From assembly GCA_025558095.1 (NCBI GenBank), contig JAIVFI010000014.1:186001-250000 (forward strand): a DNA stretch of 64,000 nt, in the 5' to 3' direction. The DNA is from Hyaloraphidium curvatum SAG 235-1. Taxonomy: Eukaryota > Fungi > Monoblepharomycota. The notes under the pieces are model-generated. The model had not been told where the DNA came from. It did no database searches and was given only the letters and a program-made list of their open reading frames with translations. Below are positions 1 through 11,742 of this stretch, piece after piece. Every line of letters begins with the position of its first letter. The first letter of the stretch is position 1. The translations under genes and the position numbers were made by a program.

Positions 1-2835
1 GCTGTCGAACAAGTTCGGCACCGCCGCTTCCTCCCGCTTCAGCAGCGCCTTGACCCGTTCCCGTTCGCCGGGCGCCGCGAAGCAGGCCGGGCAGTTCTCG
101 TTGATAATTGGTAGCCCGGCCTTGACGGCAAACTCGCGCGTCTCCTTCTCCCTGACGTAGACCAGCGGCCTGATGATCCTCAGCCCGTCCTTCTCGGCGT
201 AGCACGCCCGCATCGTCCGAAGCTGCCCGTTGCGCGACATGGCCATGTACATGCTCTCGGCGAGGTCGTCCAGGTGCTGCGCAAGGATCAGCGCGGTCAT
301 CCCTTCGCGGCGCGCGGCGGTGTAGAGGTGGCCCCTCTTCATGCGGGCACAGTAAGAGCAGTACTCGTCGGAGCCCTGCGGGAGGGTCTGCCGCGCCATG
401 GCAAAGATCTCGGTGCGCTCGTAGTGGTAGGGAACTCCCAGCCTGGCCATGTACGGGATCAGGGGCGAAGGATCAAAGGCCTCGGTGCCGGGATCGATGG
501 TGCACGCCGCGAGCTCGAAGGGCACCTGGATCTGCCCGCGAAGGTGCAGGAGCACGTGGAGGAGGGACAGCGAGTCCTTGCCGCCCGAGAGGCCAAGTAG
601 CAGGCGGTCGCCGGGGCGGATCATGTCCCATTCCCAGATGGCTTTTCGGCAAAGGAACAGGAGACGTCGAGGCGGAACAGGGTGGAGCTGAGGAGCGGGG
701 GAGGAAAGCAGGCCGAGGACCGCGGATGCGTTCGTGCCCTGATTGCTGGAGGCGGGTTCGACCGGCAAGGCCACGCGCTGCGAGCCGATCTTGCCGTTGA
801 CGCCACGTTTGGGCTGCTTCAGTTCGCGCTTGGTCGGGGTCGGGGCCAGAGAGGCCGTCGGGAGGGGAGGCGGCGTCGGCGAAACCCTCGCCTGTGCCGG
901 AGCGACTGTAATGGTACCCGTCGCGGGATCGTAGGCGTCCGTTCTCCGCGGCGCCAGACAGGGCAAGCAGACCCCGTCCCCGTCGGCCGAAGGCAGCGCG
1001 CAGGCCGATTCGATGCCGTCCAATGACGCACTCTGCCCCAACCCCGCGCGATAGCGCTCGGGATTCACCACGCAAGCAGCATCCACATCGCCGTGCGGCT
1101 CACCCAGGTCCCCTGCCGCCTCAAGCTGGAGCGCCCTCCGGGCTTCGACCGGCATCGCGAACCACCTGAGTCCTCCAAGCAGCTCTTCCTCCGGCTCCGG
1201 CAGCTTCTTCTTAAGCGCTTCGAGCGGCATGGTCTCCATGATCTCCCGCGCACGGCGACGCACTTCGCGGAGGGAAGTCGTGACCGGCGCCTCCTCGACG
1301 GCGGCAGGCCCGAACGGATCAAAATCGATTGCCAGCCACCTCCGCTCGGCAAACTTGCCAAACGCAGCCGAGAATCCCCATTCTCCAGTGTTGGCATCGT
1401 GCCGATAAAGAGGCAACATCCTCCAGCCCATCTCGGCCACCTCCCTCACGGCCTCGAGCACGTGCTCAACCTCCTCCTCTGGGGCAAAGTACGCCAGCGA
1501 GAACCTCACTGCGCCCGGCCGCGCGTGCTCGGCTGGATGCTGGGACCCGACGAGCAGGTCCTCGGTGGCCTGCACAGCCGCAGGCGACAGGCCCAGCAAG
1601 CGTTGTATGTACGGCCCGGCGCACATGCACCCGGCGCGAACCTGAATGCCGTAGAGATCGTTCAGGAGGCGAGCAACAAAGTTGTGGTGGAGAAAGGCGG
1701 CTCGGCCTTCCGAGTTGGGCGGAGGATGAGGGAAGCGAACGAGGAAGGAAAACACGGGGAGCCGCGGGCCATCCTCGGGGCCCAAGAGGCACAAGTTCGG
1801 GGAGCTCCGAAGCAATTTGAGCCCGCGGGCAACCAACTCTCCCTCGCGGTCCATGATAGTCGCGACTCCGACCGCCTGCTTGACCTTGAAGGCCAGGCCC
1901 GCGCGGACACAGCCCACAACGTCCGGCGTGCCGCCTTCCTCCCTTTCGGCGCGGTCGGCGAGGTACCTGTGCCCGTCGGCCGACACGAAAAACACGGATC
2001 CACCACCGGGAAAGGCGGGAGGGACGCGAGGATCGAAGAGGTGCTTCTTGGCGACGAGCACACCGTGAGCGCCGCCTGCGCCTCCGGGGAACTTGTGCGG
2101 GGAGAGGAAGATGGCGTCCTTGGCGGCCAGCGGATCAGAAGCGGGGTTCATGTCGACCGGCACATAGGGGCCGGCGGTCGCATAATCGAAAAAGGCGAAG
2201 GCGCCGCGCCGGTGGAGGGTCGCCGCCAGGCGGTCCGCGTCCTCGAGCAGGCCCGTGACGTTGGACGCGGCCGAAAAGGCACCAATCTTCAGGCTCTTGT
2301 CCGCATGCTGCTGCAGCAACAGATCAAGGACCTCGAGGTCGGTGCCGGTTCCGTCAGGCCTCTCCGGGACATCGATCACCAAGGCTCCGGATTCGCGCCA
2401 CGGGAGCACGTTCGAGTGGTGCTCCCAGGGGCCAAGAAAAACAACGGCATCCACCGCCCTTTCCTTCAGGCCCAGAACGTGAACCAGAAGGTTGACAGCG
2501 CCGGTCGCCCCGGCGCCGGCAAAGAGCACGACGTCCTTTTTCGCGTGCCCATTGACGGCGAGCTGCACGGCCTCCCTCGCCTCGGCCCGGAACGCAGCAG
2601 TCTGCCGGGCGGTGGCAGATGCCGCCGAATGGGTGTTTGCGTAGGCCGGAAGCACGCGTGCCCGCACAAAGGCCTCGACGCGGCCAAGGGCCCGGCCCGA
2701 GGCGGTCCAGTCGGCATAGACGCACGGCACGGGCCCGAACGGCGACGGGACCGGGGCGGAACTGCCGATGACGTCGGCAGCCAGAGCTGCGAGGCGCTCG
2801 GCCGCCTCGTCCGGCGAGGAGGCGCCGTGTGGCAT
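1..2835 (-). CDS. Fusion of class-V aminotransferase/cysteine desulfurase-like domain and TtcA-family PP-loop tRNA thiolase; 3' end beyond window
   Basis: Manual translation from ATG 2835 (MPHGASSPDEAAERLAALAADVIG), apparently one open frame to position 1 (absent from the ORF track because it has no stop in the window). Desulfurase-like motifs: YADWTASGR, VLPAYANTH, SPHKF (PLP Lys), GIQVRAGCMCAGPY. TtcA-like motifs: LSGGKDS, CSYCARMKRG, AQHLDDLAE, IIRPL, ENCPACF. Confidence 0.85.
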   Translation of the reverse strand, partial: MPHGASSPDEAAERLAALAADVIGSSAPVPSPFGPVPCVYADWTASGRALGRVEAFVRARVLPAYANTHSAASATARQTAAFRAEAREAVQLAVNGHAKKDVVLFAGAGATGAVNLLVHVLGLKERAVDAVVFLGPWEHHSNVLPWRESGALVIDVPERPDGTGTDLEVLDLLLQQHADKSLKIGAFSAASNVTGLLEDADRLAATLHRRGAFAFFDYATAGPYVPVDMNPASDPLAAKDAIFLSPHKFPGGAGGAHGVLVAKKHLFDPRVPPAFPGGGSVFFVSADGHRYLADRAEREEGGTPDVVGCVRAGLAFKVKQAVGVATIMDREGELVARGLKLLRSSPNLCLLGPEDGPRLPVFSFLVRFPHPPPNSEGRAAFLHHNFVARLLNDLYGIQVRAGCMCAGPYIQRLLGLSPAAVQATEDLLVGSQHPAEHARPGAVRFSLAYFAPEEEVEHVLEAVREVAEMGWRMLPLYRHDANTGEWGFSAAFGKFAERRWLAIDFDPFGPAAVEEAPVTTSLREVRRRAREIMETMPLEALKKKLPEPEEELLGGLRWFAMPVEARRALQLEAAGDLGEPHGDVDAACVVNPERYRAGLGQSASLDGIESACALPSADGDGVCLPCLAPRRTDAYDPATGTITVAPAQARVSPTPPPLPTASLAPTPTKRELKQPKRGVNGKIGSQRVALPVEPASSNQGTNASAVLGLLSSPAPQLHPVPPRRLLFLCRKAIWEWDMIRPGDRLLLGLSGGKDSLSLLHVLLHLRGQIQVPFELAACTIDPGTEAFDPSPLIPYMARLGVPYHYERTEIFAMARQTLPQGSDEYCSYCARMKRGHLYTAARREGMTALILAQHLDDLAESMYMAMSRNGQLRTMRACYAEKDGLRIIRPLVYVREKETREFAVKAGLPIINENCPACFAAPGERERVKALLKREEAAVPNLFDS

Positions 2836-2968
2836 CTTCGCGGGCGGGCAGAATTTGGTTGTTGATCGATTCTCGCACGACCGGAGGAGTTGAGTTCCCG
2901 CCTCGCCGACTTGGGCCGCCGAAACCCTCTGTTCCTCTTCTCGGTGCCGGTGTCTGGATTTGGAAAGC

Positions 2969-4062
2969 ATGAGCCGCAAGCGGGCGCGCGTGGTCGAATC
3001 CTCGTCCGAGGACCGCTCCTCGGACGTCTCGAGGTCCGCTTCCTGCAGGGCCCCGTGTTCCGCTTCTTCCGCGGCACCATTGTCGCGCGGGCACCCGACT
3101 CCATCTTTGCGCATCATTTCGGCTCCGGAGGGGTCAACGAGGGCAAGACCGAGCTGCCGGAGACCTACACGCTGGACCGCGATCCGGACGTCTTCGCGCG
3201 CTTCTTCGAGCCGTACCTGAGGGGCTATCCGGGCCCGTCGCGCGCGTCGTGGAACGAGCTCCCGGAGGATACGAAGGCCAGGGTGGCCGCGGACGCGGAC
3301 TTTTACGGAATCGACGGCGTGGTGCCACCGCCCCACCCCGACATCATTCGCACGGTGCCGATCGTTGCTTTCAAGAGGGCGGCGCAGCTGCTGGAACAGG
3401 AGGAATGGGTCGACACAGGGGACGAGTGGACTCTTGTGACGTCGTTCCTCGTTGCTAGTCCGAACACGTATGCCGTGGAGTTCAGATTACACTTCTGCGG
3501 CGTCGATCGCGACCTGCAAGCAAGCTATCGGGGGACAGACGATGACGTTCGCGCCCAAATGGATGGCGTGCAACGCTTTGTACAGGTCAACCGTGTTGTG
3601 TACGATGATGCTGACGAGGGATTGTTCTGGACGGAGCTTGAGAAACGCATTGTGGAAACATGCCCGCGTATGATCACCTCCTGGTTCATGACCTCGCGTG
3701 TCATCATTCGGGGCATTCCGGCGGACGACGTGGTTCACTCGGCAGTCCATGCTGGTGAGAGCGTCCCTGAGCTCAGCTTGGACCGGGCATCCCTCCTGCC
3801 CCGGCAGTCGAGCCTGCGGGCGGACCTCGCTGAAGGAACGGACATTACGCATTCTGCATTTGGCCTTGTGCGCTCGCCGTTCCTCGACATTGAGGCCTCA
3901 ATTGACAAAGCCACTGGGATGTGCTTTCTCAGGGTTGACTACCTGGATCTTTGCTCCCTTGAGGAAGTGCCGCACGATCGCGGAATTTCATCTTTTGGGG
4001 GAACCGAACTGAGAAAAGTACTTACGCCATTGTTTAGTGGGCAGCTTCTGCGTACGGGGTGA
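2969..4062 (+). CDS. BTB/POZ (KCTD-type) domain protein
   Basis: VRFLQGPVFRFFRGTIVARAPDSIF...LDRDPDVFARFFEPYLRG resembles the T1/BTB_2 domain. ATG 2969 is in a different frame, so the model needs a weak 44-nt intron (2990-3033) or a frameshift. Confidence 0.55.
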
Positions 4063-4320
4063 TTCGGCAAGATCTGCGTTTGGGTTGGTCCATCTTGCGA
4101 CTAAACGATCGCGGTCGGTGGGGACGGCGCGTTTTAGGAGGCAGTTGTCATCTGTCTATGCGGCGCTTTGTAGGTGTAGCTCTGGACCATTGATCGAACG
4201 GACGGCGGAGCACATGGATCATTGAGGCCACAGTCATGGATTTCATCGGCATTCCAACCCGACAGAGCGTCCCGCGTCCTCGATCCTTTTTCATCCGGCA
4301 ACCCGCCATCCCGGCCCATC

Positions 4321-4857
4321 CTACTTGGCGGCGGGCTGCGCGGCCTTGAGCGAGTCGACGGCGCCCTGCAGCTTGGCGCCGATGGCGGCCTTGAGCGCCT
4401 CGACCTTCTCCTTGTTCTCGGGCTTGGCCAGCTCCTCCTGGAAGTGGGCGATGCCCTCCTTGACCTTCTCGGGGTCGGCGTGCGAGAGCTTCTCCTTGGC
4501 CGCGGCGATCCGTTCCTGGACCGCGGGGTCCTTGGCGGCCTCCTGGAGGTGCTTGATGATCTCTGCGGGGCAAAGAGGAGCGGGGAGCCGCAGATGAAGA
4601 GGAAACGGGGGAGGAAAGAACAGAGACGAGGGGCGGAGAGTCAGGGTCCCGCGGGGAGTGGAGCTGCGACGCCGGGCTCACCCTGGAGCTTGGCCTTGCC
4701 GGCGTCGGTCTGGAGCAGCTCCTTGAGCTCGCCTACGAGGGCTTTGTTGTCGGGGGCTGGGCAAAGAGCGGGGTGGGGGGCAGCGCGGCGGCCGCGGGGC
4801 GGCTGCGGGGTGAGCGCGCGCACGTTACGATCCCGCGCGGCGATGCGTACCGGCCAT
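4321..4857 (-). CDS. Small (107 aa) Ala/Lys/Glu-rich helical protein, hydrophilin/LEA-like; 3 exons
   Basis: Exons 4857-4851, 4756-4682 and 4562-4321 join in frame through GT-AG introns: MAAPDNKALVGELKELLQTDAGKAKLQEIIKHLQEAAKDP...AAQPAAK*. Very strong GC3 bias. Confidence 0.75.
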
Positions 4858-5487
4858 TGCTGCAGGTGCGATGGGCGGAGGGAGGGTGGCTGCTCGGGTT
4901 TGAATGAATGCAAGGGCGGCCACGACGGAGGCCCTGGGGCCGCCGTCCAGGGACCCTCATGCGGAGACCCTGGCGGGTGGCGCCACATCGCGTGGTTGCC
5001 ATGCACGCCATAACGTAGTGAGCCGGTGTCGCATGAACGCTTTGAAGCACTCGGCATGTGAGAACGGATGGTGAATAGCGAGGAGCGAAGCTGAGCGACA
5101 TGTTGCGACCATCGTCCCCGAGGACCTTAATGACTTGGCCGCTCGTCTGATCGGAGCCGTCCTCCATCCGGGCTCTCCGCTGTCGGCGCATCTCGTGATC
5201 CGTGAAATGGGTTCGGGAGGCAGATTTGCTAGGATCTGCACGTCTCTCCCGGGCAGATCCGAGCGCGGCCGCGGGACAAGGGCTAAAGGCGCCGGAAGCC
5301 GGCATCCGCAGACTAGGTGGGCAAGGCAGGTCAGCACGGCCGATTTCGCCGCATTTCTTTGGGGTTCGTCGCGTCTAGCCGGGTGTCCGCAGTGATTGAT
5401 CTGGGGCGGTCTTCCCGCGCCGTGCAGTCGAACGCGCGAACTAAGAACTCCCCTCTCTCCACCCCATGCCGCCGCCCCGCCCCTAGA

Positions 5488-6716
5488 ATGTCCAAACACT
5501 CCTGGTCCTCCCGCCCGACCGCCAACCTCCCCCGCGCCGCCCCCTCCGTCCCCTCCTCCAAACGCCCGCGCGATGCCGCGCCCTCCTCCTCGGCCGCCGA
5601 CCAATCCGCGGGCTACATCTCCCGCCCCGACGACGTCTGCCCCGTCTGCACCCGCGACCGCTTCCTCAACCCCTCCATGCGCCTCCTCGTCAGCCCGTGC
5701 TTCCACCGGGCGTGCTCGGACTGCGTGGACAAGGTCTTTGGCGGGGGCAAGGCGGCGTGCCCCGCGCCCGGGTGCGGCAGGGTGCTGTACAGGAGGGACT
5801 GGGCGGGGCAGACGTTCGAGGATCTGGGGGTGGAGAAGGAGGTGGGGATCCGGAGGGGGCTGGCGAGGATGTGGGTCGCGCCGCGGGTGCCGGGAGGACC
5901 GGGGCGGGGTGCTGACCCGTTCCGCGCCTTCCTTTCACGCGTTCCGGGTTCGCGGGTGCCGTGGAAAGATTCAACAAGAGGGAGGAGGATTTCGCGACGC
6001 CGGAGGAGTACGATGCCTACCTCGAGATGGTCGAGGAGATCGGTGGGCCTCCCCTCGTTCGGCGGCCCGGCCCGCGGACCGTACCGACGCCTTGTCGCCC
6101 CACCACAGTGCAGAACAAGATAACGGGCAGCGACGCGGCGGCCACCGACGCGCTCATCGACAAGTACAGGAAGGAGAACGACGCGGCGATAAAGAAGAAC
6201 GCGCAGCGGCTGGCCGAGGAGCGCAGGCTGGCGTCGTGGCGGGAGCAGGAGCGGCTCCGGAACCTGGCGCGGCGGCGCAAGTTCTACGAAGATCTGGAGG
6301 AGCGCGAGAGGGAGGGGAGGGAGAGGGAGAGAGACGAGTACCTCCGCGCCCTGGGGGAGGTCGGCGGGGACAGGGACAGGGTGGCGAGGCCAAAGGGGGA
6401 GCAGGGGATCAGCTTCCTCCCCGACGCGCCCTTTGCGGCGGACGACGACGGCGTGCCCGCCGAGCCGCCCTGGGCCGCCAAGGAGGAGACCGTCCAGCCG
6501 GGCGCCGAGGACCGAACCTGGCGCACGTGGCGGACGGATGCGCCCGAGTGGGAGGACAGGCCGGGCAGCCTGCAGGTGCCCGAGGTGGGGCGGTACCGCG
6601 ACCCGTGGTGGGAGGCGATGAAGGCCGCCGACCCGGGATGGGAGGCGGGGGGGATGGAGGGGAGGGTGATGTGGGAGAAGGCGCTGCGGGCGGCGGTGGA
6701 GGGGCTGTTTGTTTGA
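5488..6716 (+). CDS. TFB3: TFIIH/CAK assembly factor MAT1 (RING finger)
   Basis: CPVCTRDRFLNPSMRLLVSPCFHRACSDCVDKVF...CPAPGC, then FEDLGVEKEVGIR, FNKREEDF, YDAYLEMVEEI. Introns at 5871-5968 and ~6043-6108. Confidence 0.93.
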
Positions 6717-7589
6717 TGCGCGGTGGCGGATGGGGTGGATGGGAGGGAGCGGCGCGAAACCGGTGGCCATGTGGTTGTCGGGGCTGTGTGCTATCCGGGC
6801 GGAATGGGATCGGCCGGCCGGCCGGACGTCCAAGCGCCGCCGGACCGCCCCGGAAAAATTCGGGACGGACCGTTCGGAAGGTCATGTATCAAATGGGACC
6901 GTGACGGAAGCCGTGGGCGGACATGCGCGCGGCCCAAATCGGACATTCGAAATGGCGCGAGGAACACGGGGCTTTTCCTCGATGTCGGGTCCGGGACGAC
7001 TTTCGCTGGGTGCCGGACCCGGCCGCAAACCGGGCTGCCGGGGCTGAGGGACCGCGAAGGAGAAAGATCGGACGCCCTGCCGGCCGCGAGTCGCGTTTTC
7101 GGATGGGGTCGAAAGTGGCCGAGCGGCAAAGTGGCCCCGTGCCCGTGGTCGGTGTGGCAAAACACCACTTTGCGGAGCTCGCGGAGCTCCCGGGGCCCCG
7201 CGTTCGGCGCCGCGCGCCCCCAAGGACCGCCGTCCCGCAATGCCGCCGCAGCGGATGCACCTCGGGGGCGGGATTTGTCGGGTTCGGGGTTGACCCTGAA
7301 AATAGCTATCCGATCCGCCTGCCTTTGCACCAGCCGCTCTGAGCCAATCACCTCCGGAGCGGGAGGTGCGTCGGAGGCCAGCGCATCCCGCTCGGGAGCG
7401 ACCCATCAGCGCCCTTTTGCGCGGGCCTCCACGGGGCGTGGCGGCGGCGGGGCTCCCGCGGCGTGCGCGGGGTGTTTGCGGGGGTGCCCGGGCCGAGCGG
7501 GATCGGGCCCGGTTCTCCGACGCAAACCTTGCGCGGCAACCCGAAATCGCCAAGACAGCTGGCCGCGCGCCCGACGGACGACGCACGCC

Positions 7590-8857
7590 ATGGCCGCGCC
7601 GGGCCGCGACGGGCGGGCCGACGGCGGGACGGGCGGGGGCGGCGGCGGGCCGCCGGGGGGCGCGTGGGCGCGGGCGGCTCCCGGCTCGCTGGCGGCTCCC
7701 GGCTCGCTGGCGGCGCTGCTGGGCGCCGGGCCGCCGGGCGGCGCGCCGCCGTGGGCCGCGGCTTACGGGGACGCGGGCGGCCGGCCGGCTCCGATCGGCC
7801 TCGGCAGCGCGTCGGCGCCGCAGCTCGCCGGCAGTCTGCGCGCGCAGCTGGGCCTGCGCTCGGCCTCGGCGCCGTTCGCCGGCTCGGACGCCCCGCCGTA
7901 CCTCGGCTCCTCGCCATTCGATCCGTACGCGCAGTTCGGCCCGCACCGCGGCTCCTCCACGCCGCCGCTGCCGGCAGGCTTCCAGCTCCCGGGTCAGCTG
8001 CAGGGGCTCCCTCAGGGCCAGCTGGCGGGGCAACGGCAGCAGCAGCCGCAGCCATCCTACCCCCGCTCGGCAGAGCCCCCCTTCCCCCGCTCCGCGGAAC
8101 CGCCTTTCCCCGTGCAACCGCCCCTCCAATCCCCCCTCCAGCCCCAGCCCCCCTCGCAGCTCCCCTTCCCCCCCTCCGCCGGCGCCTCCCCGCCGCACTA
8201 CCCCCCCAACGCCCCACCTTCCAACACGGGCTACCCCAACCCCGCGTACCCCTCCTTCCCCCCGCCATTCCCCGCCTACCCGCCCTACCCGGGCTACCCC
8301 CCCTACCCTCCCCCTGGGCCGACGCCGCAGCAGCAGGCGCAGGCGCAGCAGCAGGCCGACGACGACGTCGACGCCGAGATCCGCCGCACCTACACGTGCC
8401 CCTTTTGCGGCAAGGGGTACACCACCTCGGGCCACCTGGCCAGGCACAGGCGCACGCACCTGAACATCAACCCGTTCAAGTGCCCCGTCGAGGGTCCGTC
8501 TCCCCGTTTGCGCGCCGCCCGGATTGCCCGCTGACGCCCGCCCCAGGCTGCCCCCTGCGCTTCCACCGCGCCGACAACATGAAATCCCACGCGCGCTCGC
8601 ACGCCCGCCGCCTCGGCATCCCCCTCGCCGAGCTGATGAAGAAGGCGCAGCAGGGCATCCGCCCCCGCAGGGCGGCGCGGTACGTCGACGGCCCGCAGGG
8701 GGGGGCGGGGACGGGGGAGGAGGACGGGGAGTACGAAGTGGACGGGTTCCAGGGGCAGCAGGGGGGCGGACAGGCGGAGGGTGGGGGGGGGAGGAGGGTG
8801 AAGAGGGAGGATGAGGAGGACGATGGCGACGGGGAGTACGTGGACGGGAGGGACTGA
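7590..8857 (+). CDS. Two-finger C2H2 transcription factor, NRG1/NRG2-like, with Pro/Gln-rich N-terminus
   Basis: CPFCGKGYTTSGHLARHRRTH...CPVEG|CPLRFHRADNMKSHARSH, with an intron at ~8494-8546. Confidence 0.85.
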
Positions 8858-9861
8858 GCGGGCGGGGCGGAAGCGAGCTTGGTTTGCGGACGGGCGACGG
8901 CGCGGCGGATAGGGAGGGACGGCGATCGGGGCGGCGGCGGGACCGGGATCGGACGGGGACGGGAGGGGGGGCTGGCTGGGCACGGCTCGGGCACGGCAAG
9001 GGCAAGGCGCGGCGCTGCGGCACGGCTCTTTTCCACGCTACTGCACAACATCATCATCACTAGAGTTGATTATCTTCGCTTCCCCCGCCGCGGGTCCCGT
9101 CAAGGCGTCCCACCGCCCGACGGCCAACTTTCCTTGACTGCGTCCGTGACCCGCAGCATGCGCCTTGTGGCTTGGAGTGCCCTTCTCTGCTTGGAGTAGC
9201 GGGATCTGAAGCGCACTGACGTCGCACAGACAACCCAGCATGGCGACGAGCCGGGGCCGACGAGGGTGCCCGGCAAGAGCAGCGGCGGGAAGGCGCAAGC
9301 GACCCCGACGGAACGAACGGGGCGATCCTCGGGTCGCTGGGCGGGCCGCGGCGTCGAGTCTACCTCGGATCGGCGCGGCGGATCGGGCGGGGTCGAAACC
9401 GTTCCGCCGACGGATGGCATCCGGGCTGCTGCCGCACCGACCTCCCGGCTCTCGCACCGGTGGGGCTTCGCGGCCGAGATGGTCGCAGTCCGCTGCTCGG
9501 CGTACGGTCATAATCGGTTGGTTCCCGGTTGCTGCGGGTTATCCCGCCCGCGGGCTGGTGCTTTTGAGGGCAACGCGGCAATGCTTGCGATAGCTTTGCA
9601 GCATCGACACGCGAAACCACCGATTGAAAAGCGTTAAGCTGCTCGGGGTCATGCCTTTGTCTTGAGCCGCAGTTCCACGGATTTATGCACGTCCGGACGT
9701 TCGGGCAAAGGTGCGAAGGTGACGCAAAGGGTGCGTCGTCAATGTCCTTTCCCGGTCTAGGTCTTCCGAGGAACGAGGCCCCCTAGTGTCCTCATTCCAC
9801 GCTCCGTCGTCGCGGGGCTTCAATCGCCTTTCCCTGCTCCTTCGGCTTGAGATCCCGCACA

Positions 9862-11257
9862 ATGCCCGCGCCGTTCCCAACCGCAGGGCTCCGCGCCCTG
9901 GCCACCGCGGCCTGCGCCGCCCTGGTGGCGTCGGCGGCCGCGCTCCCGACTGGCGAGCAGGACGCCCCGGCCGTCCTGTTCCGACGGTCCTGCCGCGAGT
10001 GTCCCGAGGATTTCATGTGCGAGTTCGGGTACCCCGATGCCCCGGAGGGGTTGCAGGCCTGCGTGGGGTACAGCGAGTCCCTGGAGCACCTCTACCGCCG
10101 CTACGGCGGCGCCGCGGAGGTCGGTGTGGGCGCGCACATGATCCCTGCTTCGCGTCTTGACCGCACTTTGCTTCCAGAGGCAGGCGACCGCCTCCGCCCG
10201 GACGGAGGGGACCAGCTCCACGACCTCGCAGGCGACGCAGACCGGCTCGACGACCAGCTTGTCCGCGACGAGCTCGACCGCTTCGAATTCGCAGACGACG
10301 AGCACCAGGGCCACAACCAGCACCGGGCCGTCCACCAGCACCGGGCCCACAACCACGAAGCCGGTGCGATCCATTTCGCCGCCCGCTTCCGTCGCGCTGG
10401 AGCCTGATTCGATTCCCATCAGACGGTGACGCTCAGCTTCTTGAGCCTCGCTGCCGGGACTTCGGTGTCGACGTCGTTCAACAGCCACGTGGCGTCCAAG
10501 ACGATCGGAATCCACAACGCGGGCTCGTAGCCGGTCACCATCACGGCCGTACAGGTCGAGGGAAGTGGAACGACCAGCGCCTCGTGGACCTATTCCGAGA
10601 TGGCTCCGAGCATCATCGCCGCCGGGCAGACGGCCGACCTCGTGGTGTACGTCACGCACACGGGTACCAGTGCCAACAGGGGAACGGCCACCAACACGTT
10701 CACGGTGTTTGCCACCGCGACGGGGGCGATCGTGACGCCGAGCGCCAAGACCATCAAGGCCACGGGCGTCGTCTCGAAAAGGGTGTGTGCCGAAGCGAGG
10801 CCGGGTCGTGGTGCGGGGCGAGTTCTAAAGGCCCACCTTGCAGGGAGCAACGCTGAGCGTTTTCGGCGTCGCCCAGTCTGGCACTTTCGCAACATCTGTA
10901 CCGACGGTTTCCGCCACTCGGGCGCTCAGGGTGACCAACATTGGCAATGCCCCGCTGACGATCAGCACCGTCTCCGTCGCGGGAAATGCGGACGACGCCC
11001 CGGCCTCCTGGAGCTGCGGCCCGCTCGACACCACGGTCCTCGTCTCCGCCGCCGACGCCACGATGACGTGCACCACGACCGCCGTCAGCCTGGGCAAACC
11101 GTCGGCCACCGCCACGGTTTCGATCCTTGCAGACGGGGAGCCTACGGACGCGCCGGTGGTCTCGAAGACGTACGTCGTCACGCCGATCGCAGCTGTCCGA
11201 TGCGGACGTAACGTTGAGGAAAGCGTCGCGCCGAAGGACGAAATCGGGCATGTGTGA
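9862..11257 (+). pseudogene. Secreted Ser/Thr-rich protein with two Ig-like beta repeats; in-frame TAG at 10528-10530
   Basis: Signal-peptide-like MPAPFPTAGLRALATAACAALVASAAA, Cys-rich N-part, S/T stalk and 3 introns. The repeats IHNAGS*PVTITAVQV and VTNIGNAPLTISTVSV align, and the stop interrupts the first. Confidence 0.6.
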
Positions 11258-11742
11258 ACGGACCTGCGGCCCGTTCAGTGTCATGTCGTGCCTGCTGATG
11301 TCCTACCTAGATGCGAGCCTGTGTACGCCTCATCGCCCGCCCACCGACCTAGACATAGACCCGATACCCCCATTCTCCTGTCGTCTCGCCCCGGTCTCTG
11401 ACGTGGTGCTGCACGCCTGGCAGCCCCGTCCTCAGCATGCGTGCCATCTTGACGTTGGCAAAGGAACCGGGGACGATGGCCTCGTGCAGGGAGCTGCAAT
11501 ATCGCGAAAGCTCAACCAAGTCCTCCTCCATCTCAGTGCGCCGGGCTTCCGGGATGGCGTTGAACAGAAAGCTGCAAGTATCGGCGGCCCACCTTACTTG
11601 CGCAGCGCGGCTGCCAGATCCTTGGCTTTTCCCCCACCAAGAAGAGCAAGTGCGCGGTGAGGATGTACGTGTGATGCAGAGCGGCACCGAGATACTCCTT
11701 TGTGGATTTCCGCGGCCACCGGTCCGTACCAAGTAGGCGTTC

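Noticed and set aside
1093-2865. 590-aa plus-strand ORF and other long ORFs opposite real genes (15034-16347, 29243-31564, 37797-39359, 47450-49735, 59493-62489)
   Set aside because: Shadow ORFs caused by high GC; the recognisable motifs are on the other strand.
10528-10530. Nuclear TAG codon reassignment
   Set aside because: Several other genes here terminate at TAG (4321, 31000, 50576, gag, pol).
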